From Candidatus Nanopelagicales bacterium (lineage in GTDB: Bacteria > Actinomycetota > Actinomycetes > S36-B12): a stretch of 50,516 bases of DNA. The stretch spans positions 1-50,516 of the forward strand of contig JALQUH010000049.1 in the NCBI GenBank assembly GCA_023263845.1, written 5' to 3'. Each line of letters begins with the position of its first letter. Position 1 is the first letter of the stretch. A model generated the notes under the pieces. The model was not told the DNA's origin. It saw only the letters and a list, made by a program, of their open reading frames with translations, and ran no database searches. This document shows positions 27,579 to 42,743 of this stretch, piece by piece. Position numbers and translations under genes: made by a program.

Positions 27579-28541
27579 ATGGTCATGGCAGAGATCCTCG
27601 TTGTTGTCGACCATGCCGACGGCACGGTCAAGAAAGTCACCTCCGAACTCCTGACGCTGGCTCGCTCACTGGGTGACCCGTCGGCCGTGTGGCTCGGTGG
27701 CGGCGCGAGCGCTGACGCCCTGGCATCCCTGGCCGAGTACGGCGCGCAAACTGTCTACGTCGCCGATGATGCCGACCTCGACGAGTATGTCGTCGCGCCG
27801 AAGGCGGAGGTTCTCGCCCAGCTCGTCGCCGAGAAGTCGCCCGCAGCCGTGCTCGTGCCGTCCTCGGCCGAGGGCAAGGAGATCGCAGGTCGCCTTGCGG
27901 TCAAGACCAATTCAGGGGTCATCACCGACGCGGTCGCCGTCGCTTCTGACTTCACCGCGACGCAAAGTGTGTTCGGTGGTGCGGTCGTCGTGCGCTCCTC
28001 AGTCAGCGTCGGGACACCGATCATCACCGTGCGTCCCAATTCCACCGCACCCGAGGCCGCGGCCGGTGCGGGCGTGCGCGTCGATCTTGCCGTCGCCGTC
28101 ACGGATGCGGCGAAGGGCGCCAAGGTCACCGGTCGAACCGTTGCGCAAAAGGGTGGTCGCCCCGAACTCAGTGAGGCCGCCATCGTGGTTTCCGGCGGCC
28201 GAGGCGTTGGTGGCGCCGAGGGCTTCGGGGTCGTTGAGGCTCTGGCTGACTCCCTCGGAGCGGCTGTGGGTGCCTCGCGTGCGGCCACGGACGCCGGCTG
28301 GTACCCCCACCAGTTCCAGGTGGGTCAGACCGGCAAGACCGTGTCGCCTCAGCTGTACATCGCCAACGGCATCAGCGGTGCTATCCAGCACCGCGCCGGC
28401 ATGCAGACCTCGAAGACGATCGTCGTCGTCAACAAGGACCCGGAGGCGCCAATCTTCGAGCTGGCGGATTTCGGTGTCGTGGGCGACCTGTTCACCGTGG
28501 TGCCTCAGTTGACCGAGGAAATCGGGAAGCGCAAGGCATGA
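27579..28541 (+). CDS. etfA: Electron transfer flavoprotein alpha subunit
   Basis: [12 protein letters not shown]..., with the FAD-binding C-terminal region ([27 protein letters not shown]). An AGGAGG lies upstream. ATG 27585 is an alternative start. Confidence 0.9.
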   Translation: MVMAEILVVVDHADGTVKKVTSELLTLARSLGDPSAVWLGGGASADALASLAEYGAQTVYVADDADLDEYVVAPKAEVLAQLVAEKSPAAVLVPSSAEGKEIAGRLAVKTNSGVITDAVAVASDFTATQSVFGGAVVVRSSVSVGTPIITVRPNSTAPEAAAGAGVRVDLAVAVTDAAKGAKVTGRTVAQKGGRPELSEAAIVVSGGRGVGGAEGFGVVEALADSLGAAVGASRAATDAGWYPHQFQVGQTGKTVSPQLYIANGISGAIQHRAGMQTSKTIVVVNKDPEAPIFELADFGVVGDLFTVVPQLTEEIGKRKA

Positions 28542-28586
28542 GGCGAGGGAGATTCCTTACCTCATGACGCAGGTAGGCTCCTGAGC

Positions 28587-29756
28587 GTGACGGATCGCCG
28601 TGTGTACCTCGATCACGCCGCGACGACGCATCTGTCGCCGGCGGCGGCCCAGGCCTGGGCTTCGGCCGCGGCACAGGTGGGCAATCCGAGTTCCCTCCAT
28701 ACCTCTGGACGCCAGGCCCGCCGACTCGTCGAGGAATCGCGCGAATCTGTCGCGGACGATCTCGGCGTACGTCCCAGCGAGGTGGTCTTCACCTCCGGTG
28801 GGACCGAGGCCGACAACCTTGCGGTCAAGGGTTTTGCCTGGCGAGGCGGGTCGGCCGGACGAGTTCTCGCCTCGCCTATCGAGCATCACGCCGTTCTCGA
28901 CGCCGTCCTGTGGCTTGAGGAGCAGGGGCACAAGGTGGATTGGATCCCCGTTGACGCCCTCGGTCGGGTCGACGTCAACTACGTGCGCGCGCACCTCGAC
29001 GACGACGTCGCCGTATGCACCGTCATGTGGGCAAACAATGAGATCGGCACCGTGCAGCCCATTCACCAGATCGCCCAGGCCTGCCTCGATGCCGGCGTTC
29101 CCTTCCACTCGGACGCCGTTCAGGCTCTCGGCGCCATCCCGCTTGATTGTGCGATCCCCGGTCTGACATCGGCAGCGCTGAGCGGCCACAAGATCGGCGC
29201 GCCGGTCGGTGTGGGTGCACTGATCCTGGACCGAGACGCCGAACCCGTGCCGCTGCAGCACGGCGGTGGGCAGGAGCGTGAGGTGCGCTCCGGGACCGTC
29301 GATGCCGCGTCGATCGCGGCCTTTGCGGTGGCCGTGCACGAGGCCGTGGAGCATCAGGTGGAGGCGGCCGAACACATGCGACTGCTCCGGGATCGCCTGA
29401 TCGACGGGATCGTGGACCTCGCCCCGGAGGCGGTGGTGAACGGTGACCGCGTTGACCGTCTCCCCGGCAATGTGCACGTGACCTTTCCCGGCTGTGAGGG
29501 TGACGCCCTGCTCATGCTGCTCGACGCGGCGGGGGTCGAGTGCTCCACCGGATCGGCCTGCACCTCGGGGATTCCCGAGCCATCCCACGTACTTCTGGCG
29601 ATGGGGGTCGACGCGCGCACCGCGCGAGGGTCACTGCGCTTCAGCCTGTCGCGCACCAGCACAGATGCCGACATCGATCGCGTCCTTGACGTACTGCCCG
29701 CGGCCCTCGGTCGTGCCGCTCGCGCATCGAGTCCGCGCCTGCGATCGAGGGTGTGA
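28587..29756 (+). CDS. iscS: Cysteine desulfurase (class V aminotransferase, IscS/NifS-like)
   Basis: The N-terminus is VYLDHAATT. The PLP-Lys region is [14 protein letters not shown] and the active-site Cys loop is [12 protein letters not shown] start. Confidence 0.88.
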   Translation: MTDRRVYLDHAATTHLSPAAAQAWASAAAQVGNPSSLHTSGRQARRLVEESRESVADDLGVRPSEVVFTSGGTEADNLAVKGFAWRGGSAGRVLASPIEHHAVLDAVLWLEEQGHKVDWIPVDALGRVDVNYVRAHLDDDVAVCTVMWANNEIGTVQPIHQIAQACLDAGVPFHSDAVQALGAIPLDCAIPGLTSAALSGHKIGAPVGVGALILDRDAEPVPLQHGGGQEREVRSGTVDAASIAAFAVAVHEAVEHQVEAAEHMRLLRDRLIDGIVDLAPEAVVNGDRVDRLPGNVHVTFPGCEGDALLMLLDAAGVECSTGSACTSGIPEPSHVLLAMGVDARTARGSLRFSLSRTSTDADIDRVLDVLPAALGRAARASSPRLRSRV

Positions 29757-30828
29757 CCGTGCGTGTCATCGCCGCACTCTCCGGAGGTGTGGACTCAGCC
29801 GTCGCGGCCGCGCGGGCTCTGGATGCCGGGCACGACGTCATCGGTGTGCATCTCGCGCTCGCGCGGGTGCCCGGTGCTGGTGCAGGGTCACGTGGATGTT
29901 GTTCACCGGCCGACGCCCGTGATGCGCGGCGGGTAGCAGATGTCCTCGACATCCCGTACTACGTGTGGGATGTCAGCGAGGAGTTCGCCGCCGAAGTGAT
30001 CGACGACTTTGTCTCCGAATACGACCAGGGTCATACCCCCCACCCGTGCTTGCGATGCAATGAATCCATCAAATTCTCGGTCGTCCTGGATCGCGCACGC
30101 GCTCTCGGGTTCGACGCCGTGTGCACCGGGCACTACGCGCGCCTCGTCGAAGGACCGCAGGGACGCGAACTGCATCGGGCGGTCGACGTACTCAAGGATC
30201 AGTCCCCGGTGCTGTCAGTTCTGGACGCCGAGCAACTCGCGGGAGCGCTGTTCCCACTCGGGGAGTCGACCAAGGAAGAGGTGCGAGTTGAGGCGGCCAC
30301 ACGCGGACTGCGTGTTGCCGACAAGCCGGACAGCCACGACATCTGTTTCATCCCGGACGGGGACACGCGCGGGTTCCTGCAGCAGCGCCTCGGGGAGCGC
30401 CCGGGTGAGCTTGTCGATGCGGTGACCGGTGAAGTGGTGGGACACCACGAGGGCACCTACGGGTTCACGATTGGCCAGCGGCGCGGCCTGGACCTGCGCG
30501 TACCGACAACCGCGGGCGATCGTCGCTACGTCGTCGATATCGATTCGGCGTCTCAGCGCGTCTATATCGGAGCCCACGAGCTGCTGGCCGTACGTCGCAT
30601 CGATGCCGAGCGTCCGCGCTGGTGCGGTCCGGCGCCGTCTGCCGAGTTGCACGGTCAGATTCAATTCCGCGCCCACGCGGCGCCGGTCGATGCTCGCGTC
30701 GCCGTTGACGGGGACCATGTGTCGGCCCATCTCGCCGAGCCAGTGCACGGGGTGGCTCTCGGGCAGGCGCTGGTCATGTACGTCGGGACCCGGGTCGTCG
30801 GCTCCGCCACGATCAGCGGCAGGGCGGG

Positions 30829-30832
<4 letters not shown>
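29753..30832 (+). CDS. mnmA: tRNA 2-thiouridine(34) synthase
   Basis: GTGA overlap with iscS. It has the PP-loop [12 protein letters not shown], the segment [10 protein letters not shown] and DSHDICFI. Confidence 0.9.
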
Positions 30833-34046
<3,214 letters not shown>

Positions 34047-34080
34047 GCGGGGCGCAACACGGCTTCCTAGACTGGCCGCC

Positions 34081-34383
34081 ATGTCCGCGATCACCCGCGG
34101 GGAGGTCGCCCACCTCGCCCGTCTTGCCCGCCTCGCCCTCGAGGAATCCGAACTCGACCACTATGCCGAGCAACTCGATGTGATTCTCACGTCGGTGGCT
34201 CGGGTTTCCGAGGTCGCGGCCGATGACATCCCTCCGACGTCCCATCCGCTACCCCTCCAGAACGTCTTCCGCGCTGATGTGGCTGAGCCCGGCCTGAGTC
34301 GTGACGCCGCCTTGGCCGCTGCCCCTGCCGTAGAAGATGACCGCTTCCGCGTACCGCGCATCCTGGACGGGGAGGATGAGTGA
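34081..34383 (+). CDS. gatC: Asp/Glu-tRNA amidotransferase subunit C
   Basis: Start at ATG 34081 ([20 protein letters not shown]). About 100 aa, and the stop overlaps the gatA GTG. Confidence 0.9.
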   Translation: MSAITRGEVAHLARLARLALEESELDHYAEQLDVILTSVARVSEVAADDIPPTSHPLPLQNVFRADVAEPGLSRDAALAAAPAVEDDRFRVPRILDGEDE

Positions 34384-35888
34384 GTAGCGCCATGGGATCC
34401 GACCTCATCCACCAGAACGCCGCCACACTTGCCCAGGCGATCGCCAAGGGCGAGGTGAGCTCGCGCGAGGTGACCCAGGCGCACCTTGATCGGATCGGTG
34501 AAGTCGACGAGCGGGTGCATGCCTTCCTGCACGTCGACACGGACGGGGCCCTGGCGGCCGCTGACGCCGTCGATGCTCGCCGCGCTGTCGGTGACGAACT
34601 CGGCCCGCTCGCCGGCGTACCGCTGGCCCTCAAGGACGTCTTGGCGATGAAGGGCATCCCCACAACCTGCGGGTCGCGCATTCTCGAGGGATGGCGACCG
34701 CCGTACGACGCTACGGTCGTCGAGCGGCTGCGTGCCGCCGACGTAGTGATCCTCGGTAAGACCAACATGGACGAGTTCGCCATGGGCTCCTCCACCGAGC
34801 ACTCGGCATACGGTCCGACGCACAATCCGTGGGACCTAGACCGCATTCCCGGCGGGTCCGGAGGCGGCTCGGCAGCCGCCGTCGCGGCCTTTGAAGCCCC
34901 GCTCGCCATCGGCACGGACACCGGTGGATCCATCCGCCAGCCGGCTGCCGTCACCGGCACGGTGGGGGTCAAGCCGACGTACGGCGGAGTTTCGCGTTTC
35001 GGACTGGTCGCACTTGCTTCGAGCCTGGATCAGGCCGGGCCGTGCACGCGGACGGTGATGGATGCTGCCTTGCTCCATGCGGCCATCGGCGGACACGACC
35101 CGCGTGATTCAACGTCGATCCCGGACCCCATGCCGGATGTCGTCGGCGCGGCGATGCAGGCGGATGTGCGCGGTATGCGCATTGGTCTGGTGCGCGAACT
35201 GTCCGGTGCGGGCTACCAGGACGGGGTCGAGCGGCGTTTTCGCGAGGCCGTAGAGATCTTGGAGCATCTCGGTGCCGAGGTGATCGAGGTGTCCTGCCCG
35301 ATATTCGACTATGCCCTCGGTGCGTATTACCTGATCCTGCCGAGCGAGTGCTCCTCCAATCTCGCACGCTTCGATGGCATGCGCTACGGACTCCGTGTTG
35401 GCGATGACGGGGATCGTTCGGTCGAGGAGGTGATGTCGCTGACTCGGGAGGCAGGCTTCGGTGCCGAGGTCAAGCGTCGGATTATGCTCGGCACGTACGC
35501 CCTGTCGAGCGGCTACTACGACGCGTATTACGGTCAGGCGCAAAAGGTCCGCACTCTGATCCAGCGGGATTTTGCCGCGGCCTTCGAGCAGTGTGACGTT
35601 CTTGTCTCGCCGACCGCGCCGACGACGGCGTTCAAACTGGGGGAGAAGGTCGACGATCCGCTTGCCATGTACCTCAACGACGTAGCGACGATCCCGGTCA
35701 ATCTCGCGGGTAATTGCGCCATGTCGTTGCCGGTCGGGCTCGCGCCGGAGGATTCCCTCCCGGTAGGCCTTCAGATCATGGCGCCCGCCATGGCCGATGA
35801 CCGCCTCTATCGCGTGGGCTCCGCTCTCGAGGGAGCCTTGTATGACCGCTGGGGACACCTGCTCATCGAGGAGGCACCGGCGCTATGA
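34380..35888 (+). CDS. gatA: Asp/Glu-tRNA amidotransferase subunit A
   Basis: It has the amidase signature [13 protein letters not shown] and the motif KDV(L)[14 protein letters not shown] 34380 forms a GTGA overlap, and ATG 34392 is an alternative start. Confidence 0.95.
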   Translation: MSSAMGSDLIHQNAATLAQAIAKGEVSSREVTQAHLDRIGEVDERVHAFLHVDTDGALAAADAVDARRAVGDELGPLAGVPLALKDVLAMKGIPTTCGSRILEGWRPPYDATVVERLRAADVVILGKTNMDEFAMGSSTEHSAYGPTHNPWDLDRIPGGSGGGSAAAVAAFEAPLAIGTDTGGSIRQPAAVTGTVGVKPTYGGVSRFGLVALASSLDQAGPCTRTVMDAALLHAAIGGHDPRDSTSIPDPMPDVVGAAMQADVRGMRIGLVRELSGAGYQDGVERRFREAVEILEHLGAEVIEVSCPIFDYALGAYYLILPSECSSNLARFDGMRYGLRVGDDGDRSVEEVMSLTREAGFGAEVKRRIMLGTYALSSGYYDAYYGQAQKVRTLIQRDFAAAFEQCDVLVSPTAPTTAFKLGEKVDDPLAMYLNDVATIPVNLAGNCAMSLPVGLAPEDSLPVGLQIMAPAMADDRLYRVGSALEGALYDRWGHLLIEEAPAL

Positions 35889-37393
35889 CCGAATCCATGC
35901 CCTACGCCGAGGCCGTGACGGAGTTCGAGCCCGTCATCGGTCTGGAGGTCCACGTCGAACTTGGTACTGAGTCGAAGATGTTCTGCTCGTGCCCGACGAC
36001 CTTCGGTGCCGAGCCCAATACCCAGGTATGCCCCGTATGCCTGGGCCTGCCAGGTTCCATGCCTGTGATGAACGGTGCCGCGATCGAGTCCATCATCCGC
36101 ATGGGTCTGGCATTGAACTGCTCGGTCGTTGAGTGGTGCCGCATGGCACGCAAGAACTACTTCTACCCGGACATGCCGAAGGACTACCAAGTCAGCCAGT
36201 ACGACGAGCCGATCTGCGTCGACGGCTACCTAGATGTCACGGTCACCACCGATGATGGGCCGCGGGTCTTCCGCGTTGAGATCGAACGCGTCCACATGGA
36301 GGAGGACACCGGCAAGCTCACGCATGCCGGTGGCGCAACGGGTCGCATCCATGGCGCCGACTATTCGCTCGTCGACTACAACCGCGCGGGTATCCCGCTG
36401 GTGGAGATTGTCACGAAGCCGGTGACCGGCACCGGCGCACTTGCGCCCGAAGTTGCTCGGGCCTATGTCACCGAACTCCGCGACATCATGCGCGGCCTGG
36501 GTGTGTCGGACGTCAAGATGGAGGAAGGCTCGCTGCGGTGCGATGCCAACGTCTCCCTCAATCGCCCCGGTGCTGATTGGGGAACTCGTTCGGAGACCAA
36601 GAACGTCAACTCCCTTCGCTCGGTCGAGCGCGCGGTGCGGTCGGAGATCGAGCGACAAGCGGGCGTTCTGGCCGCGGGTGGCCGCGTGACCCAGGAGACG
36701 CGGCATTTCCATGAGGACACGGGGCAGACGACCCCGGGTCGTTCCAAGGAGCAGGCCGAGGACTACCGGTACTTCCCCGAACCCGACCTGGTCCCGATAG
36801 CTCCCGATCCCGCCTGGGTCGAGGAGTTGCGCGCAAGCCTGCCCGAGCAGCCGTCGATCCATCGCGCCCGACTGGCCGAACAGTGGGGCATTGGCGACTT
36901 CGAGATGGCCACCCTGGTGAACGCCGGCGTCCTCGGACTCGTGGAGGAGACGGTTGCCGCAGGCGTGTCACCCGATGCCGCCCGCAAGTGGTGGGCCGGT
37001 GAACTCACCCGCGTGGCCAATGAACGTGAGGTTGAACCCGGTGAACTCGGCGTCAGCCCGACCGACATCGGTCGCATCGAAGAACTCATCGCGTCCGGAT
37101 CGCTCAACGACAAGCTCGCGCGCCAGGTCTTCGAGGGGATTATGGCCGGTGAAGGCTCGGCGGATGAGGTCGTGGCCGCGCGCGGCCTGGCAGTCGTCTC
37201 CGACGACGGCGCCCTTCTGGCCGCGATCGATGAGGCCCTTGCGGCGCAGCCGGACATTGCCGAGAAGATCAAGGCAGGCAAGGTCCAGGCGGCCGGGGCC
37301 ATCGTCGGCGCCGTGATGAAGGCAACCCGAGGTCAGGCGGACGCGGGCAAGGTGCGCGAGTTGCTCCTTGAGCGACTTGGGGTTGCGGAGTAG
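35885..37393 (+). CDS. gatB: Asp/Glu-tRNA amidotransferase subunit B
   Basis: ATGA overlap with gatA. It has the segments [20 protein letters not shown] and RCDANVS, and a YqeY-like C-terminal tail. Confidence 0.95.
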   Translation: MTESMPYAEAVTEFEPVIGLEVHVELGTESKMFCSCPTTFGAEPNTQVCPVCLGLPGSMPVMNGAAIESIIRMGLALNCSVVEWCRMARKNYFYPDMPKDYQVSQYDEPICVDGYLDVTVTTDDGPRVFRVEIERVHMEEDTGKLTHAGGATGRIHGADYSLVDYNRAGIPLVEIVTKPVTGTGALAPEVARAYVTELRDIMRGLGVSDVKMEEGSLRCDANVSLNRPGADWGTRSETKNVNSLRSVERAVRSEIERQAGVLAAGGRVTQETRHFHEDTGQTTPGRSKEQAEDYRYFPEPDLVPIAPDPAWVEELRASLPEQPSIHRARLAEQWGIGDFEMATLVNAGVLGLVEETVAAGVSPDAARKWWAGELTRVANEREVEPGELGVSPTDIGRIEELIASGSLNDKLARQVFEGIMAGEGSADEVVAARGLAVVSDDGALLAAIDEALAAQPDIAEKIKAGKVQAAGAIVGAVMKATRGQADAGKVRELLLERLGVAE

Positions 37394-37399
37394 TTCACC

Positions 37400-38467
37400 A
37401 TGTTCCGCAGCGTTGCCCTTGCCGTCGTCGGCGCCGTCACGCTCGCGGCCTGCGGTGTGGGGTCAAGCGCGCCGGAAGCGGCGTACGTCGATCCTGTGAG
37501 GGATGCTCCTGTTGTATCGGTGGCGTCTACTTGGGTCGAAGGTGTGCAGTCGCCTTGGTCGATCCTGCCGATTGGTGATGCGGCCCTGGTGAGCGAACGC
37601 GACTCCGGTCGGATCGTGCGCATCGAACCCGACGGGTCGGTCACAGCGGTGGCGACGGTCGACGGAGTCGTGCACGAGGGGGAGAGCGGCCTGCTCGGGC
37701 TCGCCATGTCGCCGCAGAGTGACGCGGTCTACGCGTACTACACCTCGGTGACCGACAACCGGGTTGTGCGCATGGCCTGGGACGGCACGACCCTCGGCCC
37801 CCCCATCGACGTTGTCACCGGCATCACGAAGAACACCTTCCATGACGGCGGCGGTCTGGTGTTCGGACCCGACGGCATGCTCTACGTCGCCACCGGTGAC
37901 GCGGGCGCGCCCGAACTATCGCAGGAGCTAGGCAGCCTCAACGGCAAGATCTTGCGCGTGCGACCCGACGGTGGCGCACCGGACGACAATCCCATCCCTG
38001 ATTCGCCGGTCTACAGCCTGGGGCACCGCAATGTCCAGGGGCTTGCCTTCGACTCCAAGGGTCAACTGTGGGCGACGGAGTTCGGCACATCGGAGGCCGA
38101 TGAACTGAACCAGATCGTGGCGGGCGGCAACTATGGCTGGCCGATGTACGAGGGGGTCGCTGGCGCGGAGGGCTTCATCGATCCGGTGGCTCAGTGGTCG
38201 CCGACTTCGCTTGCCTCGCCGAGCGGTCTCGGCGTACTGGATGATTACGCCTACGTCGCCTCACTGCGTGGTGAAGTGCTGTGGCAGGTGCCACTCGTCG
38301 GCGATGCCGCGGCCGAGCCGCTCGCCCTCGATCTGGGGGATCTCGGCCGACTGCGCGCGATCGCGGTGGACGGCTTGGGACGCCTACTGCTAGCGACCTC
38401 TAACACCGACGGTCGGGGCGACGTACGCGATGGTGATGACCGCATCCTGATATTGGAGGTGGCGTGA
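37400..38467 (+). CDS. Lipoprotein, PQQ-dependent sugar (glucose/sorbosone) dehydrogenase beta-propeller family (LppZ-like)
   Basis: It has a signal peptide with lipobox LAAC (MFRSVALAVVGAVTLAACG). It also has HDGGGLVFGPDGMLY, GHRNVQGLAFD and NYGWP motifs. Confidence 0.8.
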   Translation: MFRSVALAVVGAVTLAACGVGSSAPEAAYVDPVRDAPVVSVASTWVEGVQSPWSILPIGDAALVSERDSGRIVRIEPDGSVTAVATVDGVVHEGESGLLGLAMSPQSDAVYAYYTSVTDNRVVRMAWDGTTLGPPIDVVTGITKNTFHDGGGLVFGPDGMLYVATGDAGAPELSQELGSLNGKILRVRPDGGAPDDNPIPDSPVYSLGHRNVQGLAFDSKGQLWATEFGTSEADELNQIVAGGNYGWPMYEGVAGAEGFIDPVAQWSPTSLASPSGLGVLDDYAYVASLRGEVLWQVPLVGDAAAEPLALDLGDLGRLRAIAVDGLGRLLLATSNTDGRGDVRDGDDRILILEVA

Positions 38468-39351
38468 CGGACCTGATCCTCGTCGAGGACTACATCGCTT
38501 CGGCACTGGCTGGTGATGATGTGGGTTCCTACGTCGACGTCCCCGAGGGCGACCTACGTTCCGTCCGGTTCTATGTCCCGCCATACATGGGTACGCCGGA
38601 AGGTTTCGAAGCCATGGCGCGGATGCCTGCGCTCGAGGTGTGTCAACTGCCGACTGCAGGCTTCGAGCACGCTTTCGCCTACATCCCCGACGGCGTCACC
38701 GTGTGCAACGCCGCGGGTGTTCATGACGCGAGCACGGCTGAGTTGGCGATCGGTCTGATGCTGACGAGCCTGCGAGAGTTGGACACCTTCGCGCGCGCCA
38801 TGCCGCAGGGGGTGTGGCTCACCGGGGATGGGATCTCCTTGGCTGACCGCAACATCCTCATCGTGGGCGCCGGTGGGATCGGCAAGGCACTGCAGCGCCG
38901 TCTGGATGGCTTCGAGTGCGAGGTAACACTCGTCGGCCGAACCGCTCGGGACGGCGTGCGCGCCATCACCGAGATCGAGTCGCTCCTGCCGCACGCCGAC
39001 GTCGTCGTCCTCGCCGTGCCCCTCAATGACACCACCGGCGGTCTTGTGGACGCGGCCTTCCTCGCGCGAATGAGGGATGGTGCGCTGCTGGTCAATGTCG
39101 CCCGCGGTGGTGTGGTGGTGACCGATGCTCTGGTCGCCGAGGTCGGATCCGGTCGACTGCGCGCGGCCCTGGACGTAACCGACCCGGAGCCTTTGCCGAG
39201 TGACCATCCGCTCTGGCGAATGCCCGGTGTCTTCATCGCGCCGCACGTCGGTGGTGACTCGACCGCCTTCATCCCGCGCATCCAGCGATTGGTGGGTGAC
39301 CAGGTGGGGCGGTGGCGGAGGGGCGAGGTGCTGCGCAACGTCGTGGCCTAG
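38464..39351 (+). CDS. D-isomer-specific 2-hydroxyacid dehydrogenase family protein (NAD-binding)
   Basis: GTGA overlap with the upstream gene. It has the motif [11 protein letters not shown], the catalytic-type VARGGVV...D and the segment APHVGG. Confidence 0.8.
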   Translation: MTDLILVEDYIASALAGDDVGSYVDVPEGDLRSVRFYVPPYMGTPEGFEAMARMPALEVCQLPTAGFEHAFAYIPDGVTVCNAAGVHDASTAELAIGLMLTSLRELDTFARAMPQGVWLTGDGISLADRNILIVGAGGIGKALQRRLDGFECEVTLVGRTARDGVRAITEIESLLPHADVVVLAVPLNDTTGGLVDAAFLARMRDGALLVNVARGGVVVTDALVAEVGSGRLRAALDVTDPEPLPSDHPLWRMPGVFIAPHVGGDSTAFIPRIQRLVGDQVGRWRRGEVLRNVVA

Positions 39352-39361
39352 GCTTCCCGTC

Positions 39362-41050
39362 ATGGCCGATATCAAGCCCCGTAGTCGCGATGTGACCGAT
39401 GGTCTCGAGCGGGCCGCCGCCCGCGGCATGCTTCGTGCTGTAGGTATGGGAGACGAGGACTTCGCCAAGCCGCAGATCGGAATCGCGTCGTCCTGGAACG
39501 AGATCACCCCCTGCAACCTCTCGCTGGAGCGCCTGGCGCGATCGGCCAAGGAGGGAGTCCACGCCGCCGGTGGCTATCCGCTGCAGTTCGGGACGATCTC
39601 CGTTTCCGACGGCATCTCGATGGGGCACGAGGGCATGCACTTCTCCCTCGTCAGTCGCGAGATCATCGCCGACTCCGTCGAGGCAGTGATGGAGGCCGAG
39701 CGCCTCGACGGCATGGTCACCTTCGCCGGCTGCGACAAGAGCCTGCCCGGCATGCTCATGGCGGCGGCTCGCATCGACCTTGCGAGCGTCTTCGTGTACG
39801 CCGGGTCGATCCTGCCCGGCCACGCCAAACTGTCCGACGGGACCGAGAAGGATGTCACCATCATCGACGCCTTCGAGGCGGTCGGTGCGTGCTCGCGCGG
39901 CCTGATGTCGCGTGAGGACGTCGACACCATCGAACGCGCGATTTGCCCTGGCGAAGGCGCCTGCGGCGGCATGTACACGGCGAACACCATGGCGAGTGCC
40001 GCCGAAGCGATGGGCATGTCACTGCCGGGTTCTGCGGCTCCGCCCGCGGTTGACCGCCGTCGTGACGGCATTGCCCGTCGTTCCGGCGAGGCCGTCGTCG
40101 AACTCATCGCACGAGGCATCACGACGCGGGACATCATCACGCGCCAGTCCCTCGAGAATGCGATCGCTGTCGTCATGGCCTTCGGAGGTTCCACGAACGC
40201 CGTTCTCCACCTGCTCGCCATCGCGCATGAGGCGGGAGTTGACTTGGACATGGAGGACTTCCACCGAATCGGCTCCAAGGTGCCGCTGCTCGCTGACGTG
40301 AAGCCCTTCGGCCGCTACGTCATGAGCGACGTCGACCGCGTTGGCGGCGTCCCCGTCATCATGCGTGCGCTCTTGGACGCAGGCCTTATCCATGGCGACT
40401 GCCTCACCGTGACGGGCAAGACGGTCGCGGAGAATCTTGCCGATATGAATCCACCGGACCCGGACGGCGACATCCTGCACGCATCGCAGTCGGCCCTTGC
40501 GGCCACGGGTGGTATCACCATCCTGTCGGGCTCGCTGGCGCCCGAGGGCGCCGTCGTGAAGAACGCCGGCGTGCCGGTGGATTCATTCGAGGGCACCGCG
40601 CGCGTCTTTGAGCGAGAGCAGGCGGCGATGGCCGCGCTGGAGGACGGCACCATCCAGTCCGGCGACGTCATCATCATCCGTTACGAAGGCCCCAAGGGTG
40701 GTCCAGGCATGCGGGAAATGCTCATGATCACCGGTGCGATCAAGGGCGCTGGCCTTGGCAAGGACGTTCTGCTCATCACCGACGGTCGCTTCTCCGGCGG
40801 CACCACGGGCCTGTGTGTTGGCCACGTTGCGCCGGAAGCCGTCGACGGCGGCCCGATCGGTCTTGTTCGCGATGGCGACCGCATTCGCATCGACATCCCG
40901 GCGCGCACCCTGGATCTGCTGATCGACGATGCCGAGATGACCCGTCGCCGTGAAGAATTCGTGCCCCTTCCGCCACGCTACACGCGCGGAGTGCTCGCCA
41001 AATACGCCAAGTTGGTTGGTTCCGCCAGTCGCGGGGCTGTCTGCGACTAG
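39362..41050 (+). CDS. ilvD: Dihydroxy-acid dehydratase, IlvD/Edd family (copy 1, mycobacterial-type sequence)
   Basis: Start at ATG 39362 ([28 protein letters not shown]). Motifs are [34 protein letters not shown] and [11 protein letters not shown]. The track ORF start at 39200 is antisense or overlap noise. Confidence 0.9.
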   Translation: MADIKPRSRDVTDGLERAAARGMLRAVGMGDEDFAKPQIGIASSWNEITPCNLSLERLARSAKEGVHAAGGYPLQFGTISVSDGISMGHEGMHFSLVSREIIADSVEAVMEAERLDGMVTFAGCDKSLPGMLMAAARIDLASVFVYAGSILPGHAKLSDGTEKDVTIIDAFEAVGACSRGLMSREDVDTIERAICPGEGACGGMYTANTMASAAEAMGMSLPGSAAPPAVDRRRDGIARRSGEAVVELIARGITTRDIITRQSLENAIAVVMAFGGSTNAVLHLLAIAHEAGVDLDMEDFHRIGSKVPLLADVKPFGRYVMSDVDRVGGVPVIMRALLDAGLIHGDCLTVTGKTVAENLADMNPPDPDGDILHASQSALAATGGITILSGSLAPEGAVVKNAGVPVDSFEGTARVFEREQAAMAALEDGTIQSGDVIIIRYEGPKGGPGMREMLMITGAIKGAGLGKDVLLITDGRFSGGTTGLCVGHVAPEAVDGGPIGLVRDGDRIRIDIPARTLDLLIDDAEMTRRREEFVPLPPRYTRGVLAKYAKLVGSASRGAVCD

Positions 41051-41062
41051 GAGAGGACCTCG

Positions 41063-41923
41063 GTGAAACTCATCCGCGTCGGCATCCCGGGTGCCGAGAC
41101 TCCTGCTGTGCTCGGACTGGCGGGGGAGCGGTTCGACGTCTCATCCATCACGGCCGACTTTGACGCGTCGTTCTTTGCACGCGGCGGCATTGCCGACCTG
41201 CAGACTCGCTGGGATTCCGGTGAGCTTCGCCGGCTGCCGACCCTCGATCCTCACGCGCGCCTTGGTGCCCCAATCTCGCGTCCCGGACATCTGCTGTGCG
41301 CCGGATTGAACTACGCCGACCACGCCGCCGAATCCAACATGGCCATCCCGGAGGAGCCACTGCTCTTCACCAAGGCTCCCAATACAGTCGTGGGACCCTA
41401 CGACGACGTGCCAATTCCCCGGGGCGCCACGAAAGTGGACTATGAAGTCGAACTCGGCGTCGTCATCGGGAGCACCTGTCGCTACCTGAACTCACCCGAC
41501 GATGTGTGGTCGCACATTGCCGGCTTCGTGCTCTCCAACGACCTGTCCGAGCGGGTCTTTCAACTCGAACGCGGCGGTCAGTGGCTCAAGGGCAAGTCCT
41601 GTGAGGCCTTCAACCCACTCGGTCCGTGGCTGGTGACCCGAGATGAGGTTGATCTTGCTGGCGGACTCGATCTATGGCTCGACGTCAATGGCGAGCGACG
41701 CCAGAGCGGCAGCACCAACTCGCTGATCTTCCCGGTCGACGTACTCATCCACTACATCTCGCAGTTCCTCGTCCTCGACCCCGGTGACCTCATCAACACC
41801 GGCACGCCGCCAGGTGTCGCCATGGGGATGGCCGAGCCAGCGTGGGTCCAGCAGGGCGACGTTCTCACCCTGGGCATCAGCGGTCTGGGCGAGCAGCGCA
41901 CGACGTTCACCCCCGCGACCTGA
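41063..41923 (+). CDS. Fumarylacetoacetate hydrolase (FAH) family protein
   Basis: GTG 41063 lies 12 nt after the ilvD stop, with GGAGAGG upstream. It has the FAH-fold segment VDYEVELGVVIG...KGKS...FNPLGPWLVT...GDLINTGTPPGV. Confidence 0.85.
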   Translation: MKLIRVGIPGAETPAVLGLAGERFDVSSITADFDASFFARGGIADLQTRWDSGELRRLPTLDPHARLGAPISRPGHLLCAGLNYADHAAESNMAIPEEPLLFTKAPNTVVGPYDDVPIPRGATKVDYEVELGVVIGSTCRYLNSPDDVWSHIAGFVLSNDLSERVFQLERGGQWLKGKSCEAFNPLGPWLVTRDEVDLAGGLDLWLDVNGERRQSGSTNSLIFPVDVLIHYISQFLVLDPGDLINTGTPPGVAMGMAEPAWVQQGDVLTLGISGLGEQRTTFTPAT

Positions 41924-41945
41924 CTGCAGGGGTCAGCGAGGAGCC

Positions 41946-42743
41946 CTAGCCGGGAAAGTCGCGGTAGGCGTCCCAGTCGGCACCGGCGGTGAGTCCGCCG
42001 TCGATGACGATGGTCTGCCCGGTCACCCAGGACGAGGCGTCACTGGCGAGAAACACCACCGACCCCACGAGCTCCGGGGGCGTACCCAGGCGGCCGGCTG
42101 GAGTGATGTGGTCAAACCACCGCTGCCGGTGTTCCTCACCCCACAGGGGTTTGGTGAACTCGGTCTTGATGACGAACGGCTCGATCGCGTTCACTCGCAC
42201 GTTGTCCCGAGCCCACTCGCGCGCGCAACTGCGCGTCAGTGACGTGACGCCGGCCTTGGTCGCGGAGTACACCGAGATCGTGTTGAAACTGAACCGTGCG
42301 CTCAGGGAACTGAGGTTGACGATGGTGCCGCCACCAGCCGCGCGCATGATGGTGTGGGCCGCTTGGCTGGCGAAATAGACGGCACGCAGATTGACCGACA
42401 CGATCGCATCGAAGTCCTCGTCCGTGACTTCATCGATGGGCTTGCGGCGGTTGATGCCGGCGCCGTTGACGAGGACGTCAAGCCCGCCAAGAGCCTCGGC
42501 CCCTGTGTGAACCACCTCGGCGGCACCGGCGGCACTCGATATGTCCGCGACGACCGGTACGGCTCGTCCACCGGCGGTCGCGATCTCGGCCACGACGGCA
42601 TCGACTCGTTCGGGTGTGATGTCGTGTACGGCGACCACGGCTCCACGTTCGGCGAGTGCGCGCGCCAGCACCGACCCGATGGCCCCCGCCGCACCGGTGA
42701 TGAGTACTCGGCGTCCTTGTAGGTCAAAGAGCGGGTCGTTCAC
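41946..42743 (-). CDS. Short-chain dehydrogenase/reductase
   Basis: The GTG start forms a GTGA overlap with the upstream gene's stop. Motifs are [12 protein letters not shown] and S...YSATKAG. Confidence 0.85.
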   Translation of the reverse strand: MNDPLFDLQGRRVLITGAAGAIGSVLARALAERGAVVAVHDITPERVDAVVAEIATAGGRAVPVVADISSAAGAAEVVHTGAEALGGLDVLVNGAGINRRKPIDEVTDEDFDAIVSVNLRAVYFASQAAHTIMRAAGGGTIVNLSSLSARFSFNTISVYSATKAGVTSLTRSCAREWARDNVRVNAIEPFVIKTEFTKPLWGEEHRQRWFDHITPAGRLGTPPELVGSVVFLASDASSWVTGQTIVIDGGLTAGADWDAYRDFPG